From: Camelus ferus
Taxonomy: Eukaryota
Reading direction: 5' to 3'
DNA length: 64,000 bases
NCBI RefSeq assembly: GCF_009834535.1
Contig: NC_045696.1
Coordinates: 86,740,001-86,804,000 of the forward strand
Shown: piece by piece, positions 14,240-27,430 of the stretch
Layout of the letters: every line of letters starts with the position of its first letter
Numbering within the stretch: position 1 is the first letter of the stretch
Notes under the pieces: model-generated
What the model was told of the DNA's origin: nothing
What the model saw: only the letters and a program-made list of their open reading frames with translations
Database searches by the model: none
Translations under genes and position numbers: made by a program

Positions 14240-14890
14240 CATTATTCTGGTCCACAGCTCTCTTCTACAATTGGTACTTATGGGAGGTGTCCTCTTTTAT
14301 CCTCTTACCTTTCCAGATCATTTTCCACCCAAATATCCTAAAACACTTCGACCTGGGTCTCATGAGACTATACAACCACCAGCGTCTTCTTATTGTAGAT
14401 ATTGATTGATTTCTCAGTTATCGCCCATAACTCCTTGAAGGCTTGAGGCTTTCAATACCCACATAGATAGTGCTTTCAGTAACTTTCAGTCACCTCAGTT
14501 CCATGACCTTCTCTCTTCCAAACCACTGATCTCACTATTCAACCATTAATCTCAAGCCTAGTCACTCCTACGATCATTCATTAGTTCTTATCATTTTCTA
14601 AAACGTCATCTCCTTCATCAACTCTATTTCCAGCATTCAACTCATTATTAAAACCTTCTAAATTTCAAGTTGTTCTCAAATCATTGTACCCTGATTCCAA
14701 AAAACCTTCACTTAACTAAGCTTTTTACCCATTGTTTTTCTTAACTTTCTGTTGTTTCTGTCCTAATATTTTCATTTATCACTCTTTCCAGACTTAGTCC
14801 TATGGGGAATCATTAAGAGTATTATTAAAATTATTTATTTATGTTGATCCTTTTATACTTTTAACTGAATTCTACTTCTATGCTTGGAAA
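14240..14890 (+). mobile_element. L2 LINE fragment
   Basis: C/T-rich L2-like sequence, e.g. cacctcagttccatgaccttctctcttcc, cactcctacgatcattc. Confidence 0.55.
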
Positions 14891-14896
14891 ATCCAC

Positions 14897-14940
14897 AACA
14901 TTGTGAATTTGGGGGGAAGGGCACACTTCAGCTCATAACA
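14897..14940 (-). mobile_element. 44-bp terminal remnant of an MLT1/MaLR LTR
   Basis: aacattgtgaatttggggggaagggcacacttcagctcataaca matches the MLT1A/B terminus; flanked by TCCAC at 14892-14896 and 14941-14945. Confidence 0.65.
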
Positions 14941-15239
14941 TCCACTACTGGAATTGGCAATTTTCCTTTTCTAAACTTCCCAATTCACATTTATCAAAGA
15001 TGCAGAGTCTCTTAGGTATTTCAGTACTTAAAATGAGACTTTGTGACATTATAGAGTTAATATGGTGCAAGAAATTACTTTACTTGTGAAAACAAAATAT
15101 AGTTTGTATGTTTAATTTTTTGTGTACAAACGTGTTAAATATGCTTACAAGGTGGACAGTTGAGACTATTCTAGATAAAAATTCATATTATAAACATAAT
15201 ATGAAATTAATATTTTAATGATATCAGAATCAGGTAGCA

Positions 15240-16895
15240 GTTTTGACATTAAAAGACAGATAAGAATTATAGAAATGGAAAACATAAAAAAAAACACTTA
15301 TCCACTAAACTGTGCATTATAAATAAAGAAGGGTTTTCAAGTAAAAAGAAAATTCAAACACCTAATATTGGACAATTTCCTAGAACACTGTTAAAGTATA
15401 TACAAATTAAGAAAATGAAATATTATATTTTAGATTACCTGAAAAGTTTCCTGATAAAAATATGTACAAATGCTAAGTAAAATGAAATAAAAATCATTTC
15501 ATTTGATACAGCACAAAAGTTATTTAAAAATATGCTTGGTACATTTTTCAATACAGCTCAAAGAAAAAAAGGCTAATACAAAAGAAATTGAAATTAAAAG
15601 CAAAATTGTCAAATTCACTAGTAGTGCAAATTATGACTATATATCTCTTATTCTTAGATCAGATCTTCAGAAGATCTGAACACTAGCATGAGCTAATAAT
15701 ATTCGTAGAACACATCCCAAATTAGTTAATACATATTATATATTATATAGACTCATATTTAACAATTACAGATTAATAAGCATACTGTAACTTTGACCTA
15801 ATTTGACCATGTACTCAATGACAAACTAAAACTGAACATATACTTAAAAAATCATTTATATTAGAATTAACTTAAAAGGCAATACAAAATGATTGCTAAG
15901 TTATGCTTCATTCTTTTCATAAAGTTACTTATAACTATGCTGTGAATTAATTAAATAAATAAATGAAATTTAGAAATAATGCAGAAGAGGACAAAATGGT
16001 GTCTAACACATTTTATGTAGCAACATTACTCTGATACCAAACCCAGATAAACCATAACAAGGCAAGGACCTACAGACCAGTATTTCCCATGAACATAGTT
16101 GCAAATATTCTTTGCAAAATTTACTTGGATTTTTAATCCAATTATATACAAGGGGATAAAAACATCATTAACAAGTGGGTTTTATCTAGGGATTATAATT
16201 TTGCATTTGCCTGACAAATCAATCAATGTAATTCTTCATATTAAAAGACGGAAAAATAAAGCATGTAACCATCTCAGTGGAAGAAGAAATATATCTGACA
16301 TTAGCCAACATTCTTTACTGAAAGTTAAAAGTACCTATGCAGTCAACAAGAAACAGAGGGAATTTCCTGTGCTTGATAATGGGCATCTATGAAAAGTCCA
16401 GATCTTGTAAAATGCTTTCTCTCTAAACTCAGGAACACAGTAAGAATGTCCACTGTTAACCATGTCCACCAAACATTTTACTGAATATTTTAGTCAATGC
16501 AATAAAAAATAAATCAATAAAAGCAATCCAGACTGGAAAGGGAGAGATAAAATCATCTATATTTGTAGAAGATATGATGGTATACATAGAAAATCCCATG
16601 GAATGTGCAAAAATTCTGCCAGAACTAATAAGTGCATTAGTAAGGCTGAAGGATACTAGACTCATGTAGAAAACCAATTGTATTTCTAAACACTAGTAAC
16701 AAACAATCTGGGCTTAAAAAAAACAGTATGATCAAAAATTTGGAATACTTCGTAAGCAGACAAATATGTGTAAGAACTACGCACTGTTACTGCCAAGAAC
16801 TTCTGAGAAAAATGGACAAATATTTAAATAAATAAAGATATATACAAGGTTTATTGGTTGGAAGATGCAATATTAATTCTCTGATTCTCACAAAA
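15240..16895 (+). mobile_element. Old L1 ORF2 (EN/RT) remnants
   Basis: Decayed RT-region sequence: caacattactctgataccaaaccc, tacagaccagtatttcccatgaacatagttgcaaatattc, gtagaagatatgatggtatacatagaaaatccc; many stops; 15240-15990 is much more decayed. Confidence 0.8.
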
Positions 16896-16899
16896 TCTC

Positions 16900-17625
16900 T
16901 AAGATATTAAAGCAAATGAACAAATATAACAAAGCAGAAATAGATATAAATACAGAAGACAAACAGATGGTTGTCAGAAGGGAGGCTGGTGGGGGAAGAA
17001 AAGAAATAGGTGAAAGAGATTATGAAGTACAAACTTTTAGTTGCAAACTAAATGAGTCACATATATTAAATGTATAGTGTGGGGAATATCATCAATAACT
17101 ATGTAGTATCTTTGAATGGTAACATATCAGTGATCATTTTGAAATACATAAAATATCAAATTGCTACATTGTATAAGAGAAATTAATATAGTGTTGTAGT
17201 TCCACCATACTTCAAAAGCAAACAAACTCATAGCAGAGATCAGATCTGTGGTTACTGGAAGCCAGGGATGGACAGTGGAGGAACTGGATGAAGGTAGTCA
17301 AAAGGTACAAAATTCCCGTTATAAGATAAATAAGTATTAGGTATATAATATATAACATGATAAATACACTTAACACATACATAATTGTATGTTATATATG
17401 AAAGTTATTAAGAGAGTAAATCTTAAGTGTTTTAATCAGAAGGAAGTTTTTTTCTATTTCTTTAAATTTTTATTTATATGAGATAATGATGTTCACTAAC
17501 TTTATTATGACAACCATTTCATGATGTATGTAAGTCAAATCATTATTCTGTACACCTTAAACTTATACAATGCTATATATCAATTATATCTCTGTAAAAA
17601 TGAAAGAAAAATGTAAATAAAAAGG
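16900..17625 (+). mobile_element. L1 3' UTR (L1MA9-derived, laurasiatherian type) with two tandem 3'-UTR modules
   Basis: Two related modules (about 16910-17215 and 17220-17600), each with gtacaaa(c/a)tt and ...catttt/catttc, ending tatcaattatatctc plus an A-rich tail. Confidence 0.75.
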
Positions 17626-17689
17626 GAATTGATTAATAAAGTTCATGAGGCAGAAACAATACAGTAATTAAAAAGAAAATAGAATTTAT

Positions 17690-18660
17690 GTTCCTTGAAA
17701 GATACTACTAAGAAAATTAAAACACAAGATGCAGGCCGTTAAGACAAATTTTGTAAATCAAATATCTGGTAAAAATTTGCATTCAAATATATAGATACTT
17801 TTATTTTGCAACAGGAAAAAAAATCTAAAAATTGAGAAAAGGTTTATACAAACACTTCATCAAAGATGATACACAAATGGCAAAAAAAGAATATGAATAT
17901 TTGCTAACCTAAAAGATATACCACTGCACATATAGTAGAATACCTAAAATTTAAAAATCTGACCATGAAGAGTGGTAGCGATTATATGGAGGAACTAGAA
18001 TTCTCATACAATGCTGGTGAATGTAAAATGTTTCAATCATTTTGAAAAACAGTTTGTAATTTCTTAAAAAGTTAATTATATAGTTTCCTTTTGATTTTCT
18101 CATTCCACTCTTAGGTTTTTACCAAAAGGAAATAAAGGAATAATGCAAAGTCATGTACACTAATGCTTGACATTTTAATTGTAATAGCCAACAACTAGAA
18201 ACAATCCAAATACCCATTAACAAATAAATAGGTAATAACTTGTGCTATTATTTAAACAATGGAATATAGTATGCAATAAAAAGGAATCAACTATTGATAC
18301 ATGCAACAACATAGATTACGTTCAGAATAATGTTGAGTGAAATATGCCAGATCAAATATATATATATATGTACTTTATTATTATATTTATGTAATTCTAG
18401 AAAATGCAACCAATTTATAGATAGAAAGAAACAGATCAGTGGTTCCCTGGGGACTGAATGGGGCAGGAGACTTGGAGGGTAGAGAGGAAAGGACTGTGGC
18501 AAGGCAGTAGAAGAAACTTCAAATATTGGTGTGTTTATCATCTTGCAAACGGTTTCAAAATGCTTTTACAGGTGTATACATGTCAAAAATTATCAAATTA
18601 TATGCTTTAAATATGCTCAGTTTATTATATATTATGTATACCTCAAACTGTTAAAAAACT
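17690..18660 (+). mobile_element. L1MC/MD-type ORF2 end and 3' UTR
   Basis: aatgctggtgaatgtaaaatg, aaacaatccaaatacccatt, gatcagtggttccctgggg, ending tacctcaaactgttaaaaaa. Confidence 0.85.
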
Positions 18661-19419
18661 AGTATAAGAGAACATTGCTATGGAACACAACAGAAAAGAT
18701 TTATGAAGGTAGTTGATGAAGCTCTCAAAAAGGGGAATGGGAAAATCTCTAATATTGATCATTAGTGAATTTTCTATTAAATGTATCATGTTTCTTCTAA
18801 ATTTTGTATTTTTCTTCTATAATTTTCAATGCACCATATTATAAAATTCAGGTAGTATAATAACAAAGGAATTATATTTCAAAGAACTTTCTGCTCCTAT
18901 GTTCCAGAAGATACTAGTGGGATATGATGACACACAAAGAAATTGCTATGCCAAAGATTAACTTCATCTTATACTTAAAGTCTAATGGACTCCTATAAAA
19001 AATATCAGGATATGGAAACTGAAGTTTCACACTTTGACTAGATGTAAATGTACAGGGAAAGAATCAGATCAAATAAAATATAAGAAACACATGTTTTATG
19101 TAAGGGATGCATTCCTGAATACCATATAAGACAAACTTTCATCAAACCAAGATTAATTCAAAAGTAAACATAAAGTAGTAAAATCGTCCATTGGAGCTTT
19201 TTAATATGCTTTTTAAATATAATTTCATCCTAGTTTTTTCCATTACATAATAACTTTCAAAAAGTTCTAAGAGAATATTGGTGTCATGAGAGGATTTTTA
19301 CATTGTTCTATATGTGTGACCATATTTACAAAAAAGTTTTAAAATGAGGGTTTCTTCCTTGATTAGAAATCAATGTAAACATTTTAGGAGGATTTGCAGA
19401 CTATATTTCCTAAGCCACC

Positions 19420-21870
19420 TGATTTGTTTGTTTATTGCATATTTCCTTTGGTGAGGTGCTTGCTCAGATTTTTCCTGTTTTCTTCTGTAAGTGTTACATA
19501 GTTTTACACTTTATACTTAGATCTATGAACCAATTTGTGTTAAATTTTATAAAGGTGTAAGATCTATGTTTAAGCTCTTTTTTAATTCTTTTTTGCACAT
19601 GTATGTTCAATTATCTCAGCACTCTTTGTTGAAATAAGTATAATTTTCTATTTAATTGTTTTTTTTTCAAAAAGCAGTTGACTACATTCAAATAGGTCCA
19701 CTTCTGGGCTCTCTAATCTATTCCCTTGATATTCTCAAATATCCTTGATCTATTTGTCTATGGTTTTACAAATGCTACGCTGTCTTACTGTAGATTTACA
19801 TTAAATCTTGAAATCAAGAAGTATGTTCCTCAGTATTGCAATTTTGTTGTTCTTCAGTATTGCACTGGCTATTCCAGGTCTTTTCACTTATCACATAGTT
19901 CTTAGAATGAATTTGTCAGTGTTTACATAATAGCTTTCTGAAATTTTGATCCAATGGCACTGAATCTAGAGATAAACTGTGAAGAACTGACATCTTAACA
20001 TTGTTGAGTCCTCCATTACACAAACATGAAATATCTCTTATTTACTTAGGTCTTTTTGATTCCTTTCACCAGTTTCAAACTTTTCTACAGTAGAGATCCT
20101 GTACATATTTTGTTGGATTTATAACTGAATAGTTCACTGTGGGATGCTACTGTAAAGGGTATAGTCCAGTTGTACCTTACTATTATATATGAAAATGTTT
20201 GATTTTTTAAAAAACATTAATTTTGTACCCTGTTACCTTGTTTTAATTATTAAATTTTAGGAGTTTTTCCACCTTTTTTTTTATCTCCTACATAAACAAT
20301 GATATCATCTGTGAATAAAAATAGCTTTATTTCTTCTTTTCTAATGTGTATATATTTATATGTTTTCTTGTCATATTTCACTAGCTAAGAATTCTTGTAT
20401 AACAGTGAATAAAGTGGTGAGAGAAAAAAATTTCCCATTGGTTGTTATTCAGAAGGCAACTGTGTATTCCTTGTAATATTTTTTAGTGGTCTCCATGGGT
20501 CTCCATGTCTACATATATAATCAAGTCATCTGTGAAGAGTTTCTCTTCTTCCTTTTCAATCCTGAGTTATTTTTCTTATTGCTCTGCCTAAAATTTCCAG
20601 TATAATGTTGAATAGCAGCTCAAAAGAGAACATCCCTTTGCTTGTTCCTGATAATGGTGTATGCATCAAGTCTTTCACCACTAACTATTTTGTTAGTTGT
20701 GGTTTTTTGTAGATGCCCGTTATCATGTTGAGGAAGTTCTATTCTTAGTTTTCTGAGTGTGTGTTTGTGTGTGTGTGTGAGTGTGCTATCAGGAAAGGGT
20801 ACTGGATTTTCTAAAATGTTTTACCTGCATCTAATTTGATGATTTGTAGCTAGATGTATTCAAATTTATGATTATATCTTTTGGAGAACTGATTCATTAT
20901 CATTACGTAATATCCTTCTTTATCCCTGATTATTTTCCTTTTTGTGAAAGCTGCTTTTCTGAAATTAGCATAGCTATTTTATCTTTCCTTCGATTAATAT
21001 TGGCATGATATATCTGTTCTCATCCTTTTACTTTTAATCTATCTGATTCCTTATACTTAAAGTTAATTTCTTGTATACAACACATAGTTAAATTTTGACT
21101 TTCCCCCCAAGTCTGTCGATCTTTGTCTTTTAATTGGTATTTAATTTTTTTACTGGTATTTGTCCTTTGACTTACTATGTAGAGTATAACTTAATTTCCT
21201 AACTTCTGGACATTTTTCTAATGATCTTTTTGTTATTGAGATCTGACTTAATTTTATAGTCATCAGGGTACTGTATAAATCATTTCTACATTCATTTTAA
21301 TTTTCTTTATAACTCAGGATATGATCTATTTTGGTTAATGGAATATGGGCCTTTGAAAAGCATTTTCATGATTCAATGAAATCTGCTGTTTATTCATGTT
21401 TAATATACAATCTTATGTTTTTCTATCACTTAAAGAGAGAGCTGTTTAAAAATATCAAAATATTGTTGTAGATTTGTCCCTACTTTCAATACTAGAACTG
21501 AGTTATTGTATATACTTTATCATTATATATAACAACTGTGTTAATTGTGCACACTAAGAATTATTATGTATTCCTATTGAAATGATCCTTTTATAATTAT
21601 AATCTTTATCTCTCGTGTTACTTTTTTTAAAGATTATCTTTATCTCATATTAACATAGTGGTACTAGTTCTTTTAGTAAATGTTTGAAAGGTGTAACTTT
21701 TCACTATACTTTTGCTTTTAAACATTTTATGTTTTTATATTTAAAGGTTGCCTTTAAAAATAACATATAAATAGGCTTTTATCTTAATCTAGATTAATCA
21801 TATTTTCTTAACTGGGGTGTATAATGCCTTATATTGAGTGTAGTTAATGCCATAACTAGCTTTAAGTCAT
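19420..21870 (-). mobile_element. Several old antisense L1 ORF2 fragments
   Basis: gttcaattatctcagcactctttgttgaaa, gaagaactgacatcttaacattgttgagtc, tcatctgtgaataaaaatagctttatttcttc; (TG)n at about 20755-20783. Confidence 0.8.
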
Positions 21871-21957
21871 TGGTATACTGGCAAAATGTTTAGCAGTTTG
21901 GCCTTGTTAAGTCACAGATAGCTAAAACAATTAGTATTTTATTTTCTCTAGGATCAT

Positions 21958-23737
21958 ATTTTCTTTTCTTTTTAAAATTTTTTATTGAAGTATAGTCAGT
22001 TTACAATGTTGTGTCAATTTCTGGTGTACAAAGCATATATATACATACATATATATTCATTTTTACATTATTTTTCATTATACATCACTACAAGATATTG
22101 AGTATAGTACCCTGTGCTATACATAAGAAATCTGTTGTTTATCTATTTTGTATATATTAGTTAGTATCTGCAAATCTCAAACTCCCAATTTATCACTTCC
22201 CACCTCCTTCCCCTCCTGGTAACCATAACTTTGTTTCCCATGGCTGTGAGTCTGTTTCTGTTCTATAAATAAGTTCATCATATGATATTTTTCTTTCTCT
22301 TTCTGGCTTACTTCACTTAGAATGACAATCTCCAGGTCCATCCATGTTGCTGCAGATGGCATTATATTATTACTTTTTATGGCTGAGTAGTATTCTGCTG
22401 TATAAATGCACCACAACTTCTTTTTTGTTGTTGGGAAGTTTTTATGAAGAGAAAGAAAAATGCCATATGATATCACTTATATGAGGAATCTTAAAAAAAA
22501 AAAAAAAAAGGACACAAATGAACTTACCTACAAAACACAAAGAGACTCATAGACATAAAGAACTTCTTTATCTAGTCATCTGTCGATCCTCATTTAGGTT
22601 GTTCCCATGTCTTGGCTATTGTAAATAATGCTGCTATGAACATTGGGGTGCATGCTTCTTTTCAAATTAAAGTTACCTCTGGATACATGCCTAGGAGTGG
22701 GATTCCTGGATCATATGCTAAGTCTATTTTTAGTCTTTTGAAGAATCTCCATATTGTTTTCCTTAATGGCTGCACCAAACTACATTCCCAGCAACAGCAC
22801 AGGAGGGTTTCCTTTTCTTCACACCTTCTCCAGCACTTATCATTTGTGGACTTCTGAATGATGGTCATTCTGACTGGTTTGGGTGATACCTACAAATACC
22901 TCATAGCAGTTTTGATTTGCATTTCTCTAATAATTAGCGATATTGAGCATTTTTTCATGTGCCTATTAGCCATTTGTATGTCTTCATTGGGGAATTGCTT
23001 GTTTAGGTCTTCTGCCCATTTTTGGTTTGGGTTGTTTATTTTTTTTCTTATGAAGTTGTATGAGTTGGTTTATGTGTTTTGGAAATTAAGCCCTTGTCAG
23101 TCTCATCATTTGCAAATATTGTCTTCCATTCCATAGGTTGTCTTTTTGTTTTGCTTATGGTTTCCTTTGCTTTGCAAAAGCTTGTAAGTTTAATTAGGTC
23201 CCATTTGTTTATTTTTGGTTTTATTTCTATTGCCTGGGTAGACTATCCTAGGAAAACATTGCTAAGATTTATGTCAGAGAATGTTGGTCTATGTTTTCTT
23301 CTAAGAGATTTATAGTGTCTTGTCTTATGTGTAAGTCTAAGCCATTCTGAGTTTGTTTTTGAGTATGGTGTGAGGGAGTATTCTAACTTCACTGATTTAC
23401 ATGTTGCTGTCCAGTTTTCTCAACACCATATGCTGAAGAGACTGTTTTTACTCCATTGTATATTCTTGCCTCCTTTGTCAAAGATTAATTGAGGTTTATT
23501 TCTGGGCTCTGTATTCTGTTCCATTGATCCATAGATCAGTTTTTGTACCAAAACCATGCTGTTTTGATTGCTGTAGCTCTGTAGTATTGCCTGAAGTCTG
23601 GGAGGGTTATTCCTCCAGCTTCATTCTTTTTCTTCGTATTGCTTTGGCAGTTCTGGGTCTTTTGTGATTCCCTATAAATTTCAGGATAATCTGTTCTAGT
23701 TCTGTGAAAAATGTCCTAGGTAATTTGATAGAGATCC
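21958..23737 (-). mobile_element. Relatively young 5'-truncated L1 (ORF2 C-terminus, 3' UTR, poly-A), camelid-like
   Basis: ORF2 peptides [45 protein letters not shown]...WMDLEIVILSEVSQ and [26 protein letters not shown]; poly-T at the left end; frameshifted. Confidence 0.95.
22424..22560. mobile_element. Chimeric L1-derived insertion with 9-bp TSD
   Basis: AACTTCTTT at 22415-22423 and 22561-22569; contains a plus-strand L1 3' UTR piece (22448-22560) inside a minus-strand L1. Confidence 0.85.
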
Positions 23738-25703
23738 ATATCCTTGCTATGATTACTTTCCCCAAAATATCTGGAACAAGATATTGAGATTGGGCAACAA
23801 TACTGCTCCATTTAGGGTCTTCTTTGTGGATTCTGAAAAACATTTAGCCTCTAAATCCAGTCCATGTGCATCCTGCCTATAGTAAGAAGTAACATCAAAG
23901 CTACCTGAGTCTAATTTTTTCTTGGACAAGAGCTTCTTTACCCCTTGATCACTGTTATTTTTCATGTTTTAGTTTTCCTTGAGTACTCTCATCACCATCA
24001 GTTTAGCTCTAGCATTGCTGGGGTAGGTGTGTTATTACTGATTTTAAATTCATCTCTTCTGATTCAGTCTCCCCCTATTAGTTGAGGTGGGTGACCATTT
24101 ACTTTTCCTCCAATATCTGTATAAAATTAAGGAGTTCAGAGAAGTAGGAATGATATTTTATTTTTGTCAGCTTGAGTTTACAGAAAATGATAGACTTAAA
24201 ATTTGCCCCTTCATGTTCAAAATAAGCCTGATCCACTGTTCCTGTTGAACACACTTTCAGCAATAATGAGATTTTTTAATCAAGAAAGCTGGGAAGAACA
24301 TGCCCTATGTGACTCTCATTATCTATGAAGAAAAATAGCTTATTTTAAAAATTTAGTGTAATATAAATAACTTCTATAATTTTTCTTTCTCCTTATTCTT
24401 TGGAAACTATCTTAGAAATCCTTTATAAGCTATATTAAATGGTCAGTAAGACATATGACTCTGCTTCATGGCCAGAGTGCTAGTATGAAATAGTGTTTAA
24501 GCAAAGAGATTATGAATCAATGTTCTGAGTATTCATCATGATTCTATTCCTTATTATTTTCCTGAATTTGGGGAAATTAATTAATACTTATTTTAGTTTT
24601 CAGAAATAATATAAATTTCACATTTAAAACAAATCTAAGGTTTGCTTATTTTTAAGTTGATTTTACATATAAATGAGATAAATTTAAAGTTTAAATAGTA
24701 AATATTGGAATGCTTATGAAAATATGCCTTTAAGTTTAATAATTAATTTCTTTAATAGTTTAAATACTTTAAAGAGTAATGTAAAAATTTAACCTGTTAG
24801 GGCTACCTCTAACTCTTGCATCTGAAAAAAAGAGGGTTTGTATACGTTAGAATGATGAAAGCCACAATTAACAGAAAACACTGAGTTCAATATACTTAGA
24901 TAATAATTAGAGTTGCCATATCACATCAACTACACCTCAGGGAGCTGACTGATGGAAAATTCAATGGGCTTATGATGTGATATCCTTTCCACCTCTCTGC
25001 ACTGGCATCCTGTATATAACTGATGCCTTCAGAAGATTCTCACTATAGAAATAATATGGTCAAGATAATTCTAGATAACAGTCAGATGTGAAAAACTCAT
25101 GCCTATGCACAAATCAATTTCTGTTAAATCAATGGATTCTCCAAAGTGGGTAATATATTACTCACTTTCAGTGAAATGGATGCTGAGGGAGGAGTCAACA
25201 AAGTAAATAAATAAAATGTTTATTATCATGAAAATATAGATTGTGGGGTCTTGCCTAAATATGCAAAAACAAAACCTTGCATAATTGATAGGATTCTCTT
25301 TTTTAAGTTTTGAATATCTTTTAGAAATTTATTATAAACATATTCAAATTGAGATAATTAAAATGTTAATGCCAGAAGAGACTTTGGAAAATAAAAATTT
25401 TGACTACTTCATTTTGTGAACAAGGTGACTGTCTTACATTATGGAATAGGTGTAAATAATGATCGATTTGATACAGTAACTAAAGCCCTAGAGAAAACAT
25501 ATCTTTATATACACCAACCCCCAAGAAAAACCTTTAAAATATATTTCAAAAGGGTCTACTTTATCCATTACTGAATTAACTACCCGGCAGCAAAAATAAA
25601 ATGAACAGTAAATAAACTCTTAAACTCTCAACAATTCTTAAAAGTGTGAATGAAAAATACTGCAAACCATACCAGTATACAAAGAATGCTCAAGCCATAA
25701 AGT

Positions 25704-26128
25704 TGTCAGATGCTGCCACCCGCCACAGTGAAGACAAGCCTCGCAGCCGGGCCTCTGCAGCCACTAACAATGGTGCGCTCTGAGAGGACTCAGAATAAGA
25801 AAGAACAGGATACTGGCCCTAGATAGCTAGATGCTTGACAAAGCAATGATTTCAATGAGCCCTAATGTTTCCTGCCTCCCATACATAGAAAAGTGCTAAA
25901 TTTTTAAACTTGAGATGTCTGGTTTTCTTCAGTTAACAGATCTTTTAATGTTCTGACTACCTGGTCTTTGTTGTAAAACTCCTATATATCCTAGCCCCTC
26001 CCCTACGGTCTTTGGAGTAGTCCCTCAGAGCCATCTGAGAGGCTGTCACCCCGGACTCGAGTCCTCAGAAATGTCTGCCAAATAAAACATTACTCAACTT
26101 TTAGGCTGTGCATTTATTTCAGTCAACA
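25704..26128 (+). mobile_element. ERV1-type solo LTR
   Basis: TG...CA ends (tgtcaga...ttcagtcaaca); TATA-like cctatatatcc at 25981; AATAAA at 26081-26086; flanks AAAGT/AAAGA; several CpGs retained. Confidence 0.85.
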
Positions 26129-26129
26129 A

Positions 26130-27430
26130 AAGAAAACCACAAAATTCAAAATTTCAACTTGTAAACTATGTTCAGAATACAAAACCACTAAATGCTGGAC
26201 ATATTAAGAAGCATAAAAATGTTGACACAAAATTAGAAAGAAAATTGTTAATAAAAATGGCCTCCAAGATGACCCAGGCAATGAGGGTAGTGTGAAAAGC
26301 CTTTAAAATGGCTATTACAAATATGTTCAAGGACAAAAGAAAAATATAGTTATTATAATAAATGAATGTATAAGGAATTTTAGAAAACTATAAAAATAAG
26401 CAAATAACATTTTATAACTAAAAAGTAAAATAATTGGAATAAAAATTATAATAGATAGAACTGACACTAGATTTGAAATAGAAGAAACATTCAGTGAACT
26501 TGAGATGGATCAGTAGAAATTATCCAATCTATGTATCAGAGAGATGGAACATAAACATTTTTTAAAAAAGAAACGGTCTCAGTGGTTGGTTGTATTCCCA
26601 GATCGTCACATCTGCATAAAAGTGAATCCTCAGAAATAGAGGAGAGTGATGAAAAGTATAAAAATATATTGTGGGAAAAAACAGCTGTAAGATTTACATA
26701 TTTGGTAAAAATATAAATTAATATATCCAAAAATCTCAGCAAATAGCAAGCAGGATAAACTGAAAAAGAAATGTATACCAGATACATAAGAGTGAAATTT
26801 TTGAAAACAACAATATGAAGAAAAGTTTGGAAGAATCAAGAGAAAAATGACATATTACCTACAAGGGGAAACTTATATATAAGAGTTGACTTTTCATAAA
26901 AGACAATAGAGGCCATAAAAACACAAAAACATGTTCACATTTCTAAATTAATATGTCAACACAAAAATCTACATGCCTTTTAATTGTGAAGATTAAGTTT
27001 AAAGATGACCAGGAAAACAAGAATAAAGAGCTTATTGCTAGTAGACCTGCACACAGGGAATGTAAAGGAAGTCTCTGAGTCTGAAGAACATCAGCACTAA
27101 ATGGAAACAGAATTACAAGAACCACTGGAGGGCTGCAGTAGGAGTGAATTTTTTGGTAAATATAAAATGTTTTTAAAGCAAAATTGGTAATATTGTATTA
27201 CTGGATTTTAATATAGGTACTTGTGATGTTTATGGAAACAACAGCAGCCATGAGAGGGAGGGGTAAATTGTAGTGGACAGTCACTATCTTACATTATACA
27301 TAAAATGATAACAACATTAACTAGAAGTAGGCTTTAATAAGTTAAAAATACATGTTGGAATCTACAGATAAAATAAGATAAAATAAATTTTAATTTAATT
27401 CAATACAAAGATGTGTAGGTTAAAAGCCAA
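26130..27430 (+). mobile_element. Old L1M ORF1 remnant (probable host of the LTR, may start near 25590)
   Basis: atggctattacaaatatgttcaagg, ttcagtgaacttgagatggatcagtagaaattatccaatct, gacatattacctacaagggg, ttattgctagtagacctgcac. Confidence 0.75.

Noticed and set aside
21945..23750. TSD for the young L1 (gatcatattt versus gatccatatcc)
   Set aside because: Match too poor to call.
22177..23965. Cluster of overlapping ORFs as a gene
   Set aside because: Minus-strand ones are frameshifted L1 ORF2 pieces or run into flank; plus-strand ones are the typical antisense-L1 hydrophobic frames.
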